DNA from: a plasmid
Strand: one strand, 5' to 3'
DNA: 64,000 nt
Sequence record: NZ_CP024444.1
Shown here: piece after piece, positions 19,994-31,337 of the stretch
Numbering within the stretch: position 1 is the stretch's first letter
How the letters are laid out: each line of letters begins with the position of its first letter
The notes under the pieces: model-generated
What the model was told of the DNA's origin: nothing
The model's database searches: none
What the model saw: only the letters and a program-made list of their open reading frames with translations
Made by a program: the position numbers and the translations under genes

Positions 19994-20204
19994 AATCTTT
20001 CCTAAGAAGAAGATTTAAGATTAATGTTTTAAATGTCTACTATTACTACCCTGCAATACTGATTGGGTGATAAAAGCAAAGTTATTCTACAATAAACTTT
20101 CATACTGTGTCCTTGTTTTCAATTCCTAAAACCAAAGACTTTTGTTTGAAACCTCGCATCAATAAATTTTATTTCATTATAAACATATCAAATTATGAAT
20201 TAAA

Positions 20205-21189
20205 TACCCCACTCTCAACACTTTTAAGTGGGATTGAAACAAAGAAGGCATGAACTTAAACTTTAATCAATGACCAAAAAGATTAGAGGATAAGCCATGC
20301 CCATAGATGAATTTATCATTAAAATCTATCTAATGGTAGATGACTACTACAAAAAGATTGTAACAAACCGCCTAAGACAAGGCGGATATGCACCTAAACT
20401 GACCGACAGTGAAATCATCACCATGGAGTTAGTGGGTGAATTTTTACAGATGGACACCGATTCACAAATCCATCAGTATTTTAAACAGCATTGGCAAACA
20501 TGGTTTCCTAATCTAGGCTCATACCCCAACTTTGCTAAGCAGTGCGTTAATTTGCTACAAGTAAAAACTTTGATACAACAGCATATCGTTAAACAGTATG
20601 GACAAGACAACATTCATTTTATTGATGGCTTTCCAATCCCTGTGTGTCAATATGCCAGAGCCTATCGGCATAAAACCTTCAAGTACGAAGGTAGTTATAG
20701 TTACTGCGCCTCAAAGCAACAAAAATATTTCGGCTTTGAAGGGCATTTACTTATCAATCTATCGGGCATGATAACGAATTTTACCTTTGCCTCTGCCAGA
20801 ATAGATGAAAGACTCGTTGCACCTGATATGCTTGATGATATTAAAGGTTTATTGGGGGCAGATATGGGTTATATTAGCCCTGATTTATCCGAGTATTGCT
20901 TCAAGCGATGTGTTGATTTGCAAACACCGCTTAGAAAAAATATGTCCGATAAAAGACCAATCAGTGTCCTTAATCGTCTTAAAAATGCTCGTCGCAATAT
21001 TGAGACAGTAATTGGTCAGTTGTCCGAGCGGTTTAATATGCAAAAGGTTAGAGCGAGAGATTTATGGCATTTATCCCACAGATTTATGCGTAAAATCTTG
21101 GCTCATAACTTCTGCTTTGTAATTAATAAACAGTTAGGTAATCCGCCACTTCAGTTTGAACTGCTTATTTCAAGTTGAGAGTGGGGTAT
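20205..21189 (+). mobile_element. IS982-family insertion sequence, copy 1
   Basis: Terminal inverted repeats ACCCCACTCTCAAC ... GTTGAGAGTGGGGT enclose a 293 aa DDE transposase. Confidence 0.8.
20297..21178 (+). CDS. IS982-family transposase
   Basis: Motif YCASKQQKYFGFEGHLLINLSGMITNFTFASA matches the IS982 DDE core. Confidence 0.85.
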   Translation: MPIDEFIIKIYLMVDDYYKKIVTNRLRQGGYAPKLTDSEIITMELVGEFLQMDTDSQIHQYFKQHWQTWFPNLGSYPNFAKQCVNLLQVKTLIQQHIVKQYGQDNIHFIDGFPIPVCQYARAYRHKTFKYEGSYSYCASKQQKYFGFEGHLLINLSGMITNFTFASARIDERLVAPDMLDDIKGLLGADMGYISPDLSEYCFKRCVDLQTPLRKNMSDKRPISVLNRLKNARRNIETVIGQLSERFNMQKVRARDLWHLSHRFMRKILAHNFCFVINKQLGNPPLQFELLISS

Positions 21190-23846
21190 TAATAGGAACT
21201 TTTCAACTCATTTGCTAAAAATGATGCAGTGCGACTATCAAGGTTCTGTGCTACCTGTTTTGGTGTTCCTGCCACAACAATATTCCCACCAGCATTTCCA
21301 GCACCTGGTCCCACATCAATCACCCAATCTGCTTGTGCAACGGCACGCATATCATGCTCAATCATAACCACGGTATTACCCGCATCGACTAATCGCTGCA
21401 ATTGAACTAACAATCGATCTACATCTGATGGATGCAAACCTGTAGTTGGCTCATCAAGTATATACAGTGTATTTCCACGCTGATTGCGTTGCAGCTCGGT
21501 CGCCAATTTAATACGTTGCGCTTCTCCACCAGATAGTTCAGTCGCTGGTTGCCCTAAACGTAAATAACCAAGACCAATTTCCTTTAATAATTGTAGTGAA
21601 CGAGCAATCGAGACCTCTCCATCAAAAAAATCACGTGCTTCATTGACGGTCATTTCTAATACTTCAGCAATATTACGTCCATTCCAGCGAATTTTCAGAG
21701 TGTCATCATTATATCGAGCACCATGACATGTCGGACAAGGGGCATATACACTTGGCATAAACAATAATTCTACACTGACAAAGCCTTCACCTTCACAAGT
21801 TTCACATCGCCCTTTAGCCACATTAAATGAAAAACGTCCAGCATCATAATGAGCTTGGAGAGCTTCAGGAGTCCCAGCAAATAACTTTCTAACATGATCA
21901 AATAAACCCGTATAAGTTGCCAGATTAGAACGTGGAGTACGGCCAATTGGTTTTTGATCAACCTGTACCAGACGCTTTATAGCCTCCACATCACCAGCTA
22001 GAGAACCTCGTGTAACCTCGGTAACCAACATTCCTTCATTTAAAGGATTATCTTCATTATTGTTTTCAGTTTCAGATTCATTGCCTAAATATGAAAGTAC
22101 TAACTCAGGTAAAGCTTGAGAAACGAGACTAGATTTACCTGAACCTGAAATACCTGTAACTGCTGTAAGTACACCAAGAGGTATACGAGCATCAATATTA
22201 TGCAGGTTATGTCGGTAAATATTGTTAAGTTCAAGCCAACCAGAGGGTGTACGTCCATAACTTTGAGTAACTGGGATTTTATTAAATAAATAACTTGCAG
22301 TACGTGAAGCTGAAATCTCACTTAAACCCTGAGGTACCCCACTATATAAAATATTACCACCTTGCTCTCCTGCATCTGGTCCAACATCCACTAACCATTG
22401 AGCACGACGCATGAGCTCTAAATCATGCTCTACAACAAATACGGAGTTCCCAGCATCTCTTAATTTATCGAGGGAATCATATAATGACTGACTATCTGAA
22501 GGATGTAATCCAGCAGACGGCTCATCCAGTACGTAAACTACACCAAATAGCATAGAACTTAATTGTGTTGCTAAACGCAAACGTTGTAACTCTCCAGCTG
22601 AAAGAGTCGGTGTGGCTCTATCTAATGTTAGATAACCAAGGCCTAACTGGCGTAATTGATTTAAACGCCCTACCACACCACTTGCTAAACGCTGGGCAGC
22701 AATTTTCTTTTCATCTGAAAGTGCTGAAGTACGTCTTACATCTGGAGATACAGAATGCACTGCTCTACCTGTTGTTGCTCGTTCAGATCTATCAAGTTGG
22801 GTTACTTTATTATTAGTCTTTTCGCCAGCATCATGAGCGTCGAAATCGCCAAGAACAATGGGTTCAAGCAGGCAAGTTAATTTATCCAAAGAAAGTTGCA
22901 TAAACTCACCAATATCTACTCCTGCAAAGGTAATAGATAAGGCTTCTGGCTTAAGTCGTTTACCATGGCAGGAAGGGCATATTTTTCCTTCCATAAAACG
23001 TGAAACACGTTTTTTCATCAACGTACTTTGGGTATTAGCAAAAGTATGAAGGACATAGCGACGAGCACCAGTGAAAGTGCCCATATAGCTGGGTTCTAGT
23101 TTACGTTTAAGTGCAGATTGAGTCTCAGCGGGGCTTAAACCAGCATAGACAGGAACTGTTGGGGTTTCTTCAGTAAATAAAATCCAATCTCGATCCGATT
23201 GCGGTAAATCTTTCCATGGTCGATCAACATCATACCCTAGGGTTACTAGGATATCGCGTAAGTTTTGCCCGTGCCAAGCAGGTGGCCATGATGCGATAGC
23301 TCTCTCACGAATACTGAGTGTCGGGTCAGGAACCATTGTCGATTCTGTAACTTCATAAATGTGACCTAAACCATGACAGGTAGGACAAGCACCTTGAGGA
23401 GTGTTCGGCGAAAAGTCCTCGGCATATAACATTGGCTGATCGGCAGGATATGCACCAGCACGCGAATAAATCATTCGAACGAGACTTGATAAAGTTGTTA
23501 CACTTCCAACAGAAGAACGGGTATTACTTGCACCACGTTGTTGTTGCAATGCGACTGCTGGTGGTAGACCATCAATAGCATCAACATCTGGTACTCCTGC
23601 CTGATCAATTAAGCGTCTTGCATAAGGTGCAACAGATTCGAAATATCTTCTTTGTGCTTCAGCAAAAATAGTCCCAAAAGCAAGTGATGATTTTCCCGAA
23701 CCCGATACACCTGAGAAAACAACAAGTGCATTTCTTGGGATAGAAACATCTACATCCTTAAGGTTATGTTCACGCGCACCTCGAACTTCAATACAATTAT
23801 TAGATAAAGTAATGTTATTGGGTTCACCAAAAGAATGTGTTTTCAT
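21189..23846 (-). CDS. UvrA-family ABC ATPase paralog (excinuclease ABC subunit A-like, 885 aa)
   Basis: Two ABC ATPase modules (GVSGSGKSSLAF and GISGSGKSSL) with interleaved CxxC zinc modules. The N-terminus (RGAREHNLKDVDVSIPRNALVVFSGVSGSGKSS) is UvrA-like. It is shorter than the canonical 940 aa UvrA. Confidence 0.85.
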   Translation of the reverse strand: MKTHSFGEPNNITLSNNCIEVRGAREHNLKDVDVSIPRNALVVFSGVSGSGKSSLAFGTIFAEAQRRYFESVAPYARRLIDQAGVPDVDAIDGLPPAVALQQQRGASNTRSSVGSVTTLSSLVRMIYSRAGAYPADQPMLYAEDFSPNTPQGACPTCHGLGHIYEVTESTMVPDPTLSIRERAIASWPPAWHGQNLRDILVTLGYDVDRPWKDLPQSDRDWILFTEETPTVPVYAGLSPAETQSALKRKLEPSYMGTFTGARRYVLHTFANTQSTLMKKRVSRFMEGKICPSCHGKRLKPEALSITFAGVDIGEFMQLSLDKLTCLLEPIVLGDFDAHDAGEKTNNKVTQLDRSERATTGRAVHSVSPDVRRTSALSDEKKIAAQRLASGVVGRLNQLRQLGLGYLTLDRATPTLSAGELQRLRLATQLSSMLFGVVYVLDEPSAGLHPSDSQSLYDSLDKLRDAGNSVFVVEHDLELMRRAQWLVDVGPDAGEQGGNILYSGVPQGLSEISASRTASYLFNKIPVTQSYGRTPSGWLELNNIYRHNLHNIDARIPLGVLTAVTGISGSGKSSLVSQALPELVLSYLGNESETENNNEDNPLNEGMLVTEVTRGSLAGDVEAIKRLVQVDQKPIGRTPRSNLATYTGLFDHVRKLFAGTPEALQAHYDAGRFSFNVAKGRCETCEGEGFVSVELLFMPSVYAPCPTCHGARYNDDTLKIRWNGRNIAEVLEMTVNEARDFFDGEVSIARSLQLLKEIGLGYLRLGQPATELSGGEAQRIKLATELQRNQRGNTLYILDEPTTGLHPSDVDRLLVQLQRLVDAGNTVVMIEHDMRAVAQADWVIDVGPGAGNAGGNIVVAGTPKQVAQNLDSRTASFLANELKSSY

Positions 23847-23928
23847 GTTTCTACCCTCTATCGCTTAAAAAGTCGTAAGCTAATAATTATTAAAATATTT
23901 TCTATTAATTCCTAAAATTAAAGTTAGC

Positions 23929-25221
23929 TTAATTCTTAGGAATAGATTTACTAATATCTTCTTTTCTTACATTTGTGATAAGTCTTGAACCACGATAACC
24001 CACACTATGATTCCACAACCAACTTAAGGCAACGTTTAAACGACTTTGCACACCAATCAAAAAGTAAATATGTATAAGTTTCCAAAACCACCAAGCGAGT
24101 ACTCCTTGTAGTTGAAATTTACCCATATCAACAACTGCGCGACTACGTCCAATTGTTGCTAGATTACCTTGATGATGATATTTAAATGGCTCTTTTATAT
24201 CTTTGCCTTTTAATCGATTATCAATGGTTTTCGCAACATATTTTCCTTGTTGTTTGGCGGCTGGTGCTATACCTGGTACTAACTTACCATCTTCCATAGT
24301 AACTGCCGCGGTATCACCAATGACGAAAATTTCAGGATGCCCTGTCACAGTTAGATTTGAATCAACCAACACACGCCCTGCACGATCAGATTCAACATTT
24401 AACCAACGAGCTGCTGGAGATGCTTGTACGCCAGCAGCCCAAATAATTGTTTTTGCAGGTAGCTGTTTTCCATCATAAACAACACCATCTTCTGAACAAC
24501 TTGTCACTGGTGTTCCAAGTACAACCTCAACACCAAGTTGTTCAAGTGCCTGACGGGTATAGCTAGACAACTTTTCAGGGAAAACTGATAATAAACGTGG
24601 ACCGGCTTCAATCAATACCACTCGAGATTCACGAGGATCTATCAAACGAAAATCTCGAGATAACGTATCTTTTGCCAGTTCTGCAATAGTTCCTGATAGC
24701 TCAACTCCCGTCGGACCACCTCCAATGATCACAAATGTTTGTAAAGCCTTTCTTAAGATTGGATCTTTGGTACGTTCAGCTTCTTCAAAGGCAGCCAGAA
24801 TTCGTTCTCGAATATTTGTTGCATCCCCCAAGGTTTTTAAACCTGGTGCAAATCGCTCCCATTCATCATGACCAAAATAAGCATGAGTAGCACCTGTCGC
24901 AATAACTAAAGTGTCATAATGCAACTTTTCGCCATCATCAAGAACAACTAGTCGGCTACCCACTTCAATGCCCTGCACCTCTCCCATTAAGGTACGGACT
25001 TCAGGACGGTTTCGAAAAATATATCGAATAGGCCAAGCGATTTCAGATGTTGATAAAGATGAGCCTGCGACTTGATACAATAATGGTTGAAATAGATGGT
25101 GATTTCTTCTGTCGATAATAGTTATATCGACATTGACACCAGCGAGACTATTTGCAGCCTCTATCCCTCCAAAACCAGCTCCAATAATAACAACACGATG
25201 ACGTCCTGTAGACTTTACCAT
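23929..25221 (-). CDS. ndh: type II NADH dehydrogenase (NDH-2)
   Basis: Two Rossmann dinucleotide-binding motifs (VVIIGAGFGG and FVIIGGGPTG) and a C-terminal membrane-anchor helix. Confidence 0.8.
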   Translation of the reverse strand: MVKSTGRHRVVIIGAGFGGIEAANSLAGVNVDITIIDRRNHHLFQPLLYQVAGSSLSTSEIAWPIRYIFRNRPEVRTLMGEVQGIEVGSRLVVLDDGEKLHYDTLVIATGATHAYFGHDEWERFAPGLKTLGDATNIRERILAAFEEAERTKDPILRKALQTFVIIGGGPTGVELSGTIAELAKDTLSRDFRLIDPRESRVVLIEAGPRLLSVFPEKLSSYTRQALEQLGVEVVLGTPVTSCSEDGVVYDGKQLPAKTIIWAAGVQASPAARWLNVESDRAGRVLVDSNLTVTGHPEIFVIGDTAAVTMEDGKLVPGIAPAAKQQGKYVAKTIDNRLKGKDIKEPFKYHHQGNLATIGRSRAVVDMGKFQLQGVLAWWFWKLIHIYFLIGVQSRLNVALSWLWNHSVGYRGSRLITNVRKEDISKSIPKN

Positions 25222-25240
25222 GAGTTTATCTCCCTATTTC

Positions 25241-26071
25241 CTAGCACTTAAGAGCTAAAGCATGATGCACAATATGTGCACGAATAAAGCTCGCAATGAA
25301 GTAATAACTATGGTCGTAACCTTCTCTTAGGTTTAAAACTAAAGGGTGATCCATTTCAGTACATACTTTTCGTAGTCTTTCTGGTTGAAGTTGGCTATCA
25401 AGAAATTCATCCCCTAAGCCTTGATCAACTAATAATGGAATTTTATGAATTGAATTCTTAACTAATTCAACAGTATCGTATTGTTTCCATGATTCCTGAT
25501 CAGCTCCTAAATAAGCATTGAAAGCTTTTTGTCCCCAAGGAACTATGGATGGATTAACAATAGGCGAAAAAGCTGATACGCTCAGATATAATTCGGGATT
25601 ACGTAAGGCAATCGTTAATGCCCCATGTCCTCCCATTGAATGACCACTAATACCGCGTTTTTGTGACGCAGGGAAATGAGCCTCAATTAGCGCTGGAAGT
25701 TCATGCACAATATAATCATACATTTGAAAATGTGCAGCCCAAGGATCTTGAGTGGCATTCAGATAAAATCCAGCACCTTGACCGAGATCATATGCAGGAT
25801 CGTCAGCTACATTTTCTCCACGAGGGCTAGTATCTGGTGCAACAATAATAATTCCATGTTCAGCCGCATATTGTTGCGCTGCAGACTTCGTAATAAAATT
25901 TTGTTCTGTGCAGGTAAGACCACTGAGCCAGTACAGTACTGGTAATTTATCTTGATGCACCTGAGGAGGCAGATAAATAGCAAATTTCATCATGCATCCG
26001 AGTACTTCAGATTTATGTTGATAAACGTCTTGCCAACCACCAAACATTGCATGATGTTCAACACGATCCAT
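25241..26071 (-). CDS. fghA: S-formylglutathione hydrolase (esterase D)
   Basis: N-terminus HAMFGGWQDVYQH, nucleophile elbow GHSMGGHGAL and a C-terminal H of the triad. Confidence 0.88.
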   Translation of the reverse strand: MDRVEHHAMFGGWQDVYQHKSEVLGCMMKFAIYLPPQVHQDKLPVLYWLSGLTCTEQNFITKSAAQQYAAEHGIIIVAPDTSPRGENVADDPAYDLGQGAGFYLNATQDPWAAHFQMYDYIVHELPALIEAHFPASQKRGISGHSMGGHGALTIALRNPELYLSVSAFSPIVNPSIVPWGQKAFNAYLGADQESWKQYDTVELVKNSIHKIPLLVDQGLGDEFLDSQLQPERLRKVCTEMDHPLVLNLREGYDHSYYFIASFIRAHIVHHALALKC

Positions 26072-26144
26072 ATCGTTTTCCTTATTACAAAAAAGTTGTG
26101 ATCTCCCTTTATTTTTAGAGAGGTCTTGTTTGTCGTTAAAATGA

Positions 26145-27479
26145 TTATTTTTCTGGTATTACATCACTATGCTTTTGTCTAATCTTTCGCATTGTCCACC
26201 AAATAGAAAACATCACTAACGGTACTAATATCGCAATTGTGAATTCAGGCGCTGCTATATCATGAACTGAAGGTATACCTTTCACTAAATATGCAAGTAA
26301 ACTAACAACATAATAAGAAATCGCAGCAACGGATAAACCCTCTACCGTTTGTTGAAGGTGTAATTGTTGTCTAGCACGATTATTCATTGATGTGAGCAAA
26401 TCTCGATTTTGACGCTCTAACTCAACATCGATCCATGAACGCAAAAGAGAAATAGCACGTGTTAATTTTTCAGAAAGAGTAGCTTGGCGTTCTTTAACAG
26501 ATTGACATGTCCTCATCGCTGGAGCGATACGACGCTCAAGAAAGTCGTGCCATGTGCAATATCCAGATATAGACTTTTCTGAAAGTCTATTCAAACGTTC
26601 TTCAACGAGTTCATAATAAGCACGACTGGCGCCAAATCGGTAAAGATTCGCTGCCACATTGGCTTCTAGTTCAGTTGCAAGCGTCGTAAGTTCAAATAGC
26701 AGTACATCATTATCACGTCTTAATTCTGTTCCTTTATTCATTTCATCAGTGATCGCGGCAAGCCGTAGCTCCATCTGACGTAGTTCAAAGGTCATTGTTC
26801 GAATTAATGGCAAAGCAAGTAATGCCAATGTTCGATATGTTTCAATCTCTAATAAACTTTGAGCAAGTGCGCCTGCACGAGCCTCTGTCAAACCACGATC
26901 AAGAATAAGAATCCGGGTCAGACCGTCATTATCTTGTCTGAAATCAGTCAAAATAGCTGCTGTTTCATTTTCTACTAGTGAATAGCACAAACTGACTGTA
27001 TCAAAACGATTTACCAATTTTTCAGATTCAGTAGCCCATGGCAATACTTGCAAGCAGATACCTGAGATAATTTCACCTGGTGGAACAAAGCCATTTTTAA
27101 ATGGATCTTCACCTTTAGGCAATCCCGTTGGTACATCTAGTTCTGCACACCAAAGATATGTGGAAAATTCTGTGTGTTTTTCACAATGCAAATTTCCTTC
27201 ATCCCAAGTCAAACCATGAAGTGGTGATTCTTCTTTTTGAGTTTTTTTCAAGCCAAAGCGATCTGATAGTTCATCCAGCGCAATTTGGTCCTTGCTTGGA
27301 TCTCCCTCTGTCAAGAAAGCTAACTGCAATAAGTTTCGTGGAGCTTGTATTAATAAAGGTGGACGGGCATGTACCTCTCCCACAGCCCTCACTCGATCTG
27401 CATGTGCTGGCATACCATATACAAATGCAGTCGAGGAAGTTTGTGGGGTCGTTTTGATAGCGGGTTCTTCTTTCATCAC
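26145..27479 (-). CDS. hypothetical protein with two C-terminal TM helices, inside the formaldehyde-detox operon
   Basis: 444 aa. Soluble N-terminal domain with a coiled-coil-like middle, and two C-terminal hydrophobic helices. Function unknown. Confidence 0.6.
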   Translation of the reverse strand: MMKEEPAIKTTPQTSSTAFVYGMPAHADRVRAVGEVHARPPLLIQAPRNLLQLAFLTEGDPSKDQIALDELSDRFGLKKTQKEESPLHGLTWDEGNLHCEKHTEFSTYLWCAELDVPTGLPKGEDPFKNGFVPPGEIISGICLQVLPWATESEKLVNRFDTVSLCYSLVENETAAILTDFRQDNDGLTRILILDRGLTEARAGALAQSLLEIETYRTLALLALPLIRTMTFELRQMELRLAAITDEMNKGTELRRDNDVLLFELTTLATELEANVAANLYRFGASRAYYELVEERLNRLSEKSISGYCTWHDFLERRIAPAMRTCQSVKERQATLSEKLTRAISLLRSWIDVELERQNRDLLTSMNNRARQQLHLQQTVEGLSVAAISYYVVSLLAYLVKGIPSVHDIAAPEFTIAILVPLVMFSIWWTMRKIRQKHSDVIPEK

Positions 27480-27510
27480 GACCTCAGTTTTTCAAGTTTA
27501 ATAAAGAGAA

Positions 27511-28089
27511 TTAAGCTTCTTTATACGTTCCTTTCTGCTTAGCTGAATGTGTAGCTAAAGCATCCATTAAGCCCGGTGACAAACAATCATAAGGTTCAAG
27601 TTTAAGTTCACGTAAACGATTGCGGATAGCATCCATATTTGATGGAGGAGTTCCACTTTCAATCACAGACGAAACAAAAGCTGCAAAACCAGGAGCAGAC
27701 CATCCTTCTTGTGGAGAAAGCTCCGTATGAACAAAGTCTAAACCGTAGAATGCATGATCTTTATTTTCGATACGACCAAAAAGGTGCGCTCCACATTCAC
27801 GACATGCGTGACGTTGAATTGCAGCATTCTCATCAACAATATGAAGCTTTTGTGGATTTGCTACAACGCTTACTTTGTCACGTGGTACAACTGCAATTAC
27901 AGCGAACGTAGCACCTTCTGGTTTCCAGCATTTAGTACATCCACAAGCATGGTTATGCAATGTTTGAGCACCAACCTCAACTTGAACTTTATCCGTTGAG
28001 CATAGACATTCTAAGATTCCACCGTCGAAGTTTTCTTGGCTTGGACGGATCCCATGATCAAGAGAAGGGTGTATATGAATTTCGCTCAT
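27511..28089 (-). CDS. gfa: glutathione-dependent formaldehyde-activating enzyme (Gfa/CENP-V family)
   Basis: Cys clusters [11 protein letters not shown] and [11 protein letters not shown]. Start moved to the MSEIHIHP Met, which has an AAGGAAAG RBS (the ORF track began 15 codons upstream). Confidence 0.8.
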   Translation of the reverse strand: MSEIHIHPSLDHGIRPSQENFDGGILECLCSTDKVQVEVGAQTLHNHACGCTKCWKPEGATFAVIAVVPRDKVSVVANPQKLHIVDENAAIQRHACRECGAHLFGRIENKDHAFYGLDFVHTELSPQEGWSAPGFAAFVSSVIESGTPPSNMDAIRNRLRELKLEPYDCLSPGLMDALATHSAKQKGTYKEA

Positions 28090-28164
28090 TTTACTTTCCT
28101 TAAGATGAATTGATCGACATGGTGTGAAATTCACACCATGGATTTTTAATATGAGATTAGTTAA

Positions 28165-29286
<1,122 letters not shown>

Positions 29287-29332
29287 TTAGACCAAATGTA
29301 GTTTTTGGCACCGAACATCAAGTCGGTGCTGA

Positions 29333-29608
29333 TTAACGAAGATACGATCTAACGATAGAAATAGTTTCGTCAATTGACTTTCTTTGAGAGTTAGTTCTAG
29401 TTTCATTATCTGGAAATTCTTCTCGCAAATAACTTTCTAGTACAACCGCCATTAAACCATTTACAGCCCCACGGACTGCGGCTAGCTGATGAAGAATTAC
29501 ACCACACTCAGTACCTTCATCAAGTGCCTGCTCAAGAGCAGCGACTTGTCCTTTGATACGTCTAACACGAGTAAGCGCTTGTTTCTTCTCACGATCATTG
29601 TATGGCAT
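29333..29608 (-). CDS. frmR: FrmR-type (CsoR/RcnR family) formaldehyde-responsive repressor
   Basis: 91 aa. Pro2, Cys35 (TECGVIL) and the conserved LTRVRRIKGQ / AAVRGA helices. Near-colinear with E. coli FrmR. Confidence 0.88.
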   Translation of the reverse strand: MPYNDREKKQALTRVRRIKGQVAALEQALDEGTECGVILHQLAAVRGAVNGLMAVVLESYLREEFPDNETRTNSQRKSIDETISIVRSYLR

Positions 29609-29674
29609 ATATTCAACCTTCTCTCATTTAGATTTAGTCATCATACTATACTCTCTTATCGTTAAACTCATAAT

Positions 29675-29700
29675 ACTATACCCCCCCATGGTATAAAAGG
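29675..29700. promoter_or_regulatory. FrmR/RcnR type-1 operator (TATACC-C5-AT-GGTATA) in the frmR promoter
   Basis: AT-rich inverted repeat flanking a C7 tract, about 70 bp upstream of the frmR start. Read directly. Confidence 0.6.
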
Positions 29701-29902
29701 GGTAAATTAAAAATAATTAATATTTTTTGAAGAAAATTATCTTTTAGTTATACTATTGCTTTGCATAATTAATTTAATATTATTAAAAATCAGTAATTTA
29801 GTAAAAAAATATTAAAAAGAAACCTTTGCACGAATAAACACACAAAAGTTCATTAAATTGGTATAATACAATAAAATCAATCACCTAGCAAAAAACACGA
29901 CT

Positions 29903-30895
29903 ATGGCATGGAAACAAACAGGGCAACTCTCCCTAGCAGACAGTCTCATTAACGCTCACAAAGCCATCGAAGAATTAGATGAACTACACAACCTAATTGA
30001 CTGGCAAACTATCGAGCAAACCTTACGCCACGTTCATAGCAGTGAGCGTGGGGAATCTGCCTTTCACCCTGTCATCATGTTTAAAGTATTACTCTTACAA
30101 AAACTCTATAACCTATCGGATCCAGCCATGGAAAAACAACTGGCACGAGACTTACTATTTCGTCGCTTTGTTGGCCTATCATTAACGGATGATGTACCCG
30201 ACCATAGCACCATTTGGCGATACCACAAACACCTAGGTGAGCTTAGACTGATTGAACCATTGTTCAACCAAATCAATGAGCAACTAGCCCAACAAAACAT
30301 TTTTATCAAAGCGGGCAGTGTCAGCATCATCGATGCCAGTATCGTTGAAGCTAAAAACAAACGACCTAAGAAAGGCAAACACACCGACAATACCCAAGAT
30401 AACGAAGCCGCCTATGTCAGTAAAAAAGACAGTACAGGTAAAGTAAAAACCACCTACGGCTTTAAAATTCATCTCAACTGTGATGAAGACAGCTTTGTCA
30501 AAAAGGTTGAAACTACCCCTGCCAATGTCCATGATTCCCAATGTTTTACCACGCTGTTAACAGATGATGAATCAGCCGTGTATGCTGACAGTGCGTATAA
30601 AAGCCAAGCCCATGATGACTACCTTGCCGAGCATGAACCACCGATAAAAAATCATATTCATGATAGAGCATGGCGCAATACACCCTTAACCGAACAGCAA
30701 AAACGCAATAATACCCAAAAGAGCCAAACTAGAAACACCGTTGAGCGGGTCTTTGGACATTTTAAACTGCATTATGGGATGAGCAAAGCTCGTCATTTAG
30801 GGTTAATGCAATTTCATACCAGCACTTTGCTTGCAAGCATGGTGCATAATTTAAAAACTGCCCTAAGCTTGAAACGAAAATACGGACTCGCCTAG
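29903..30895 (+). CDS. IS5-family transposase (DDE)
   Basis: 330 aa. The N-terminal region matches the IS5/IS1182-type DDE transposase family. IS ends not defined. Confidence 0.8.
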   Translation: MAWKQTGQLSLADSLINAHKAIEELDELHNLIDWQTIEQTLRHVHSSERGESAFHPVIMFKVLLLQKLYNLSDPAMEKQLARDLLFRRFVGLSLTDDVPDHSTIWRYHKHLGELRLIEPLFNQINEQLAQQNIFIKAGSVSIIDASIVEAKNKRPKKGKHTDNTQDNEAAYVSKKDSTGKVKTTYGFKIHLNCDEDSFVKKVETTPANVHDSQCFTTLLTDDESAVYADSAYKSQAHDDYLAEHEPPIKNHIHDRAWRNTPLTEQQKRNNTQKSQTRNTVERVFGHFKLHYGMSKARHLGLMQFHTSTLLASMVHNLKTALSLKRKYGLA

Positions 30896-31337
30896 GGTTA
30901 TTGTGTCTGTTGGTTAGTAAGCTCAGCCAATAGACACAAATTTAACAACCATTTGGAGATTTTATCCATGATTTAGCCATTGTTTTGCTTATTTCATTGC
31001 CATTCTTTGTTTTTTTTCGGTTTGGTGGTATGCCTCGAGCAAAGGGGCTGTTTCGTGCAAAGGTCTCAAAAATATATTTTTTAAAAAAAAGAAAATTTAT
31101 ATTAAATATTCTTATATTAACACTTCTGTATATCAAATTATCTTTTAGCAAAAACACGCTTAAAAAATAAATAAATTAAATCAATAATTTATGTTAAAGT
31201 AAAAAAAACCTAGTAATCAAACCGATTGTTAGAAAAGAATATTTCAATTGTTTAAATTAAAATCAATTAAAATAAAACCATGATACAAATTAATCTATCG
31301 AATTTACTTAATCATTTTCTTTTTAACTAGTATGCAT

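Noticed and set aside
27511-28134. Upstream start of gfa at 28134 ([15 protein letters not shown])
   Set aside because: The internal Met at 28089 aligns with Gfa family N-termini (MSEIHIHP…) and has a strong AAGGAAAG RBS. The extension has none.
29700-30950. Attempt to define inverted-repeat ends for the IS5-family element
   Set aside because: No convincing terminal inverted repeats could be matched by eye in the AT-rich flanks, so only the transposase CDS is reported.
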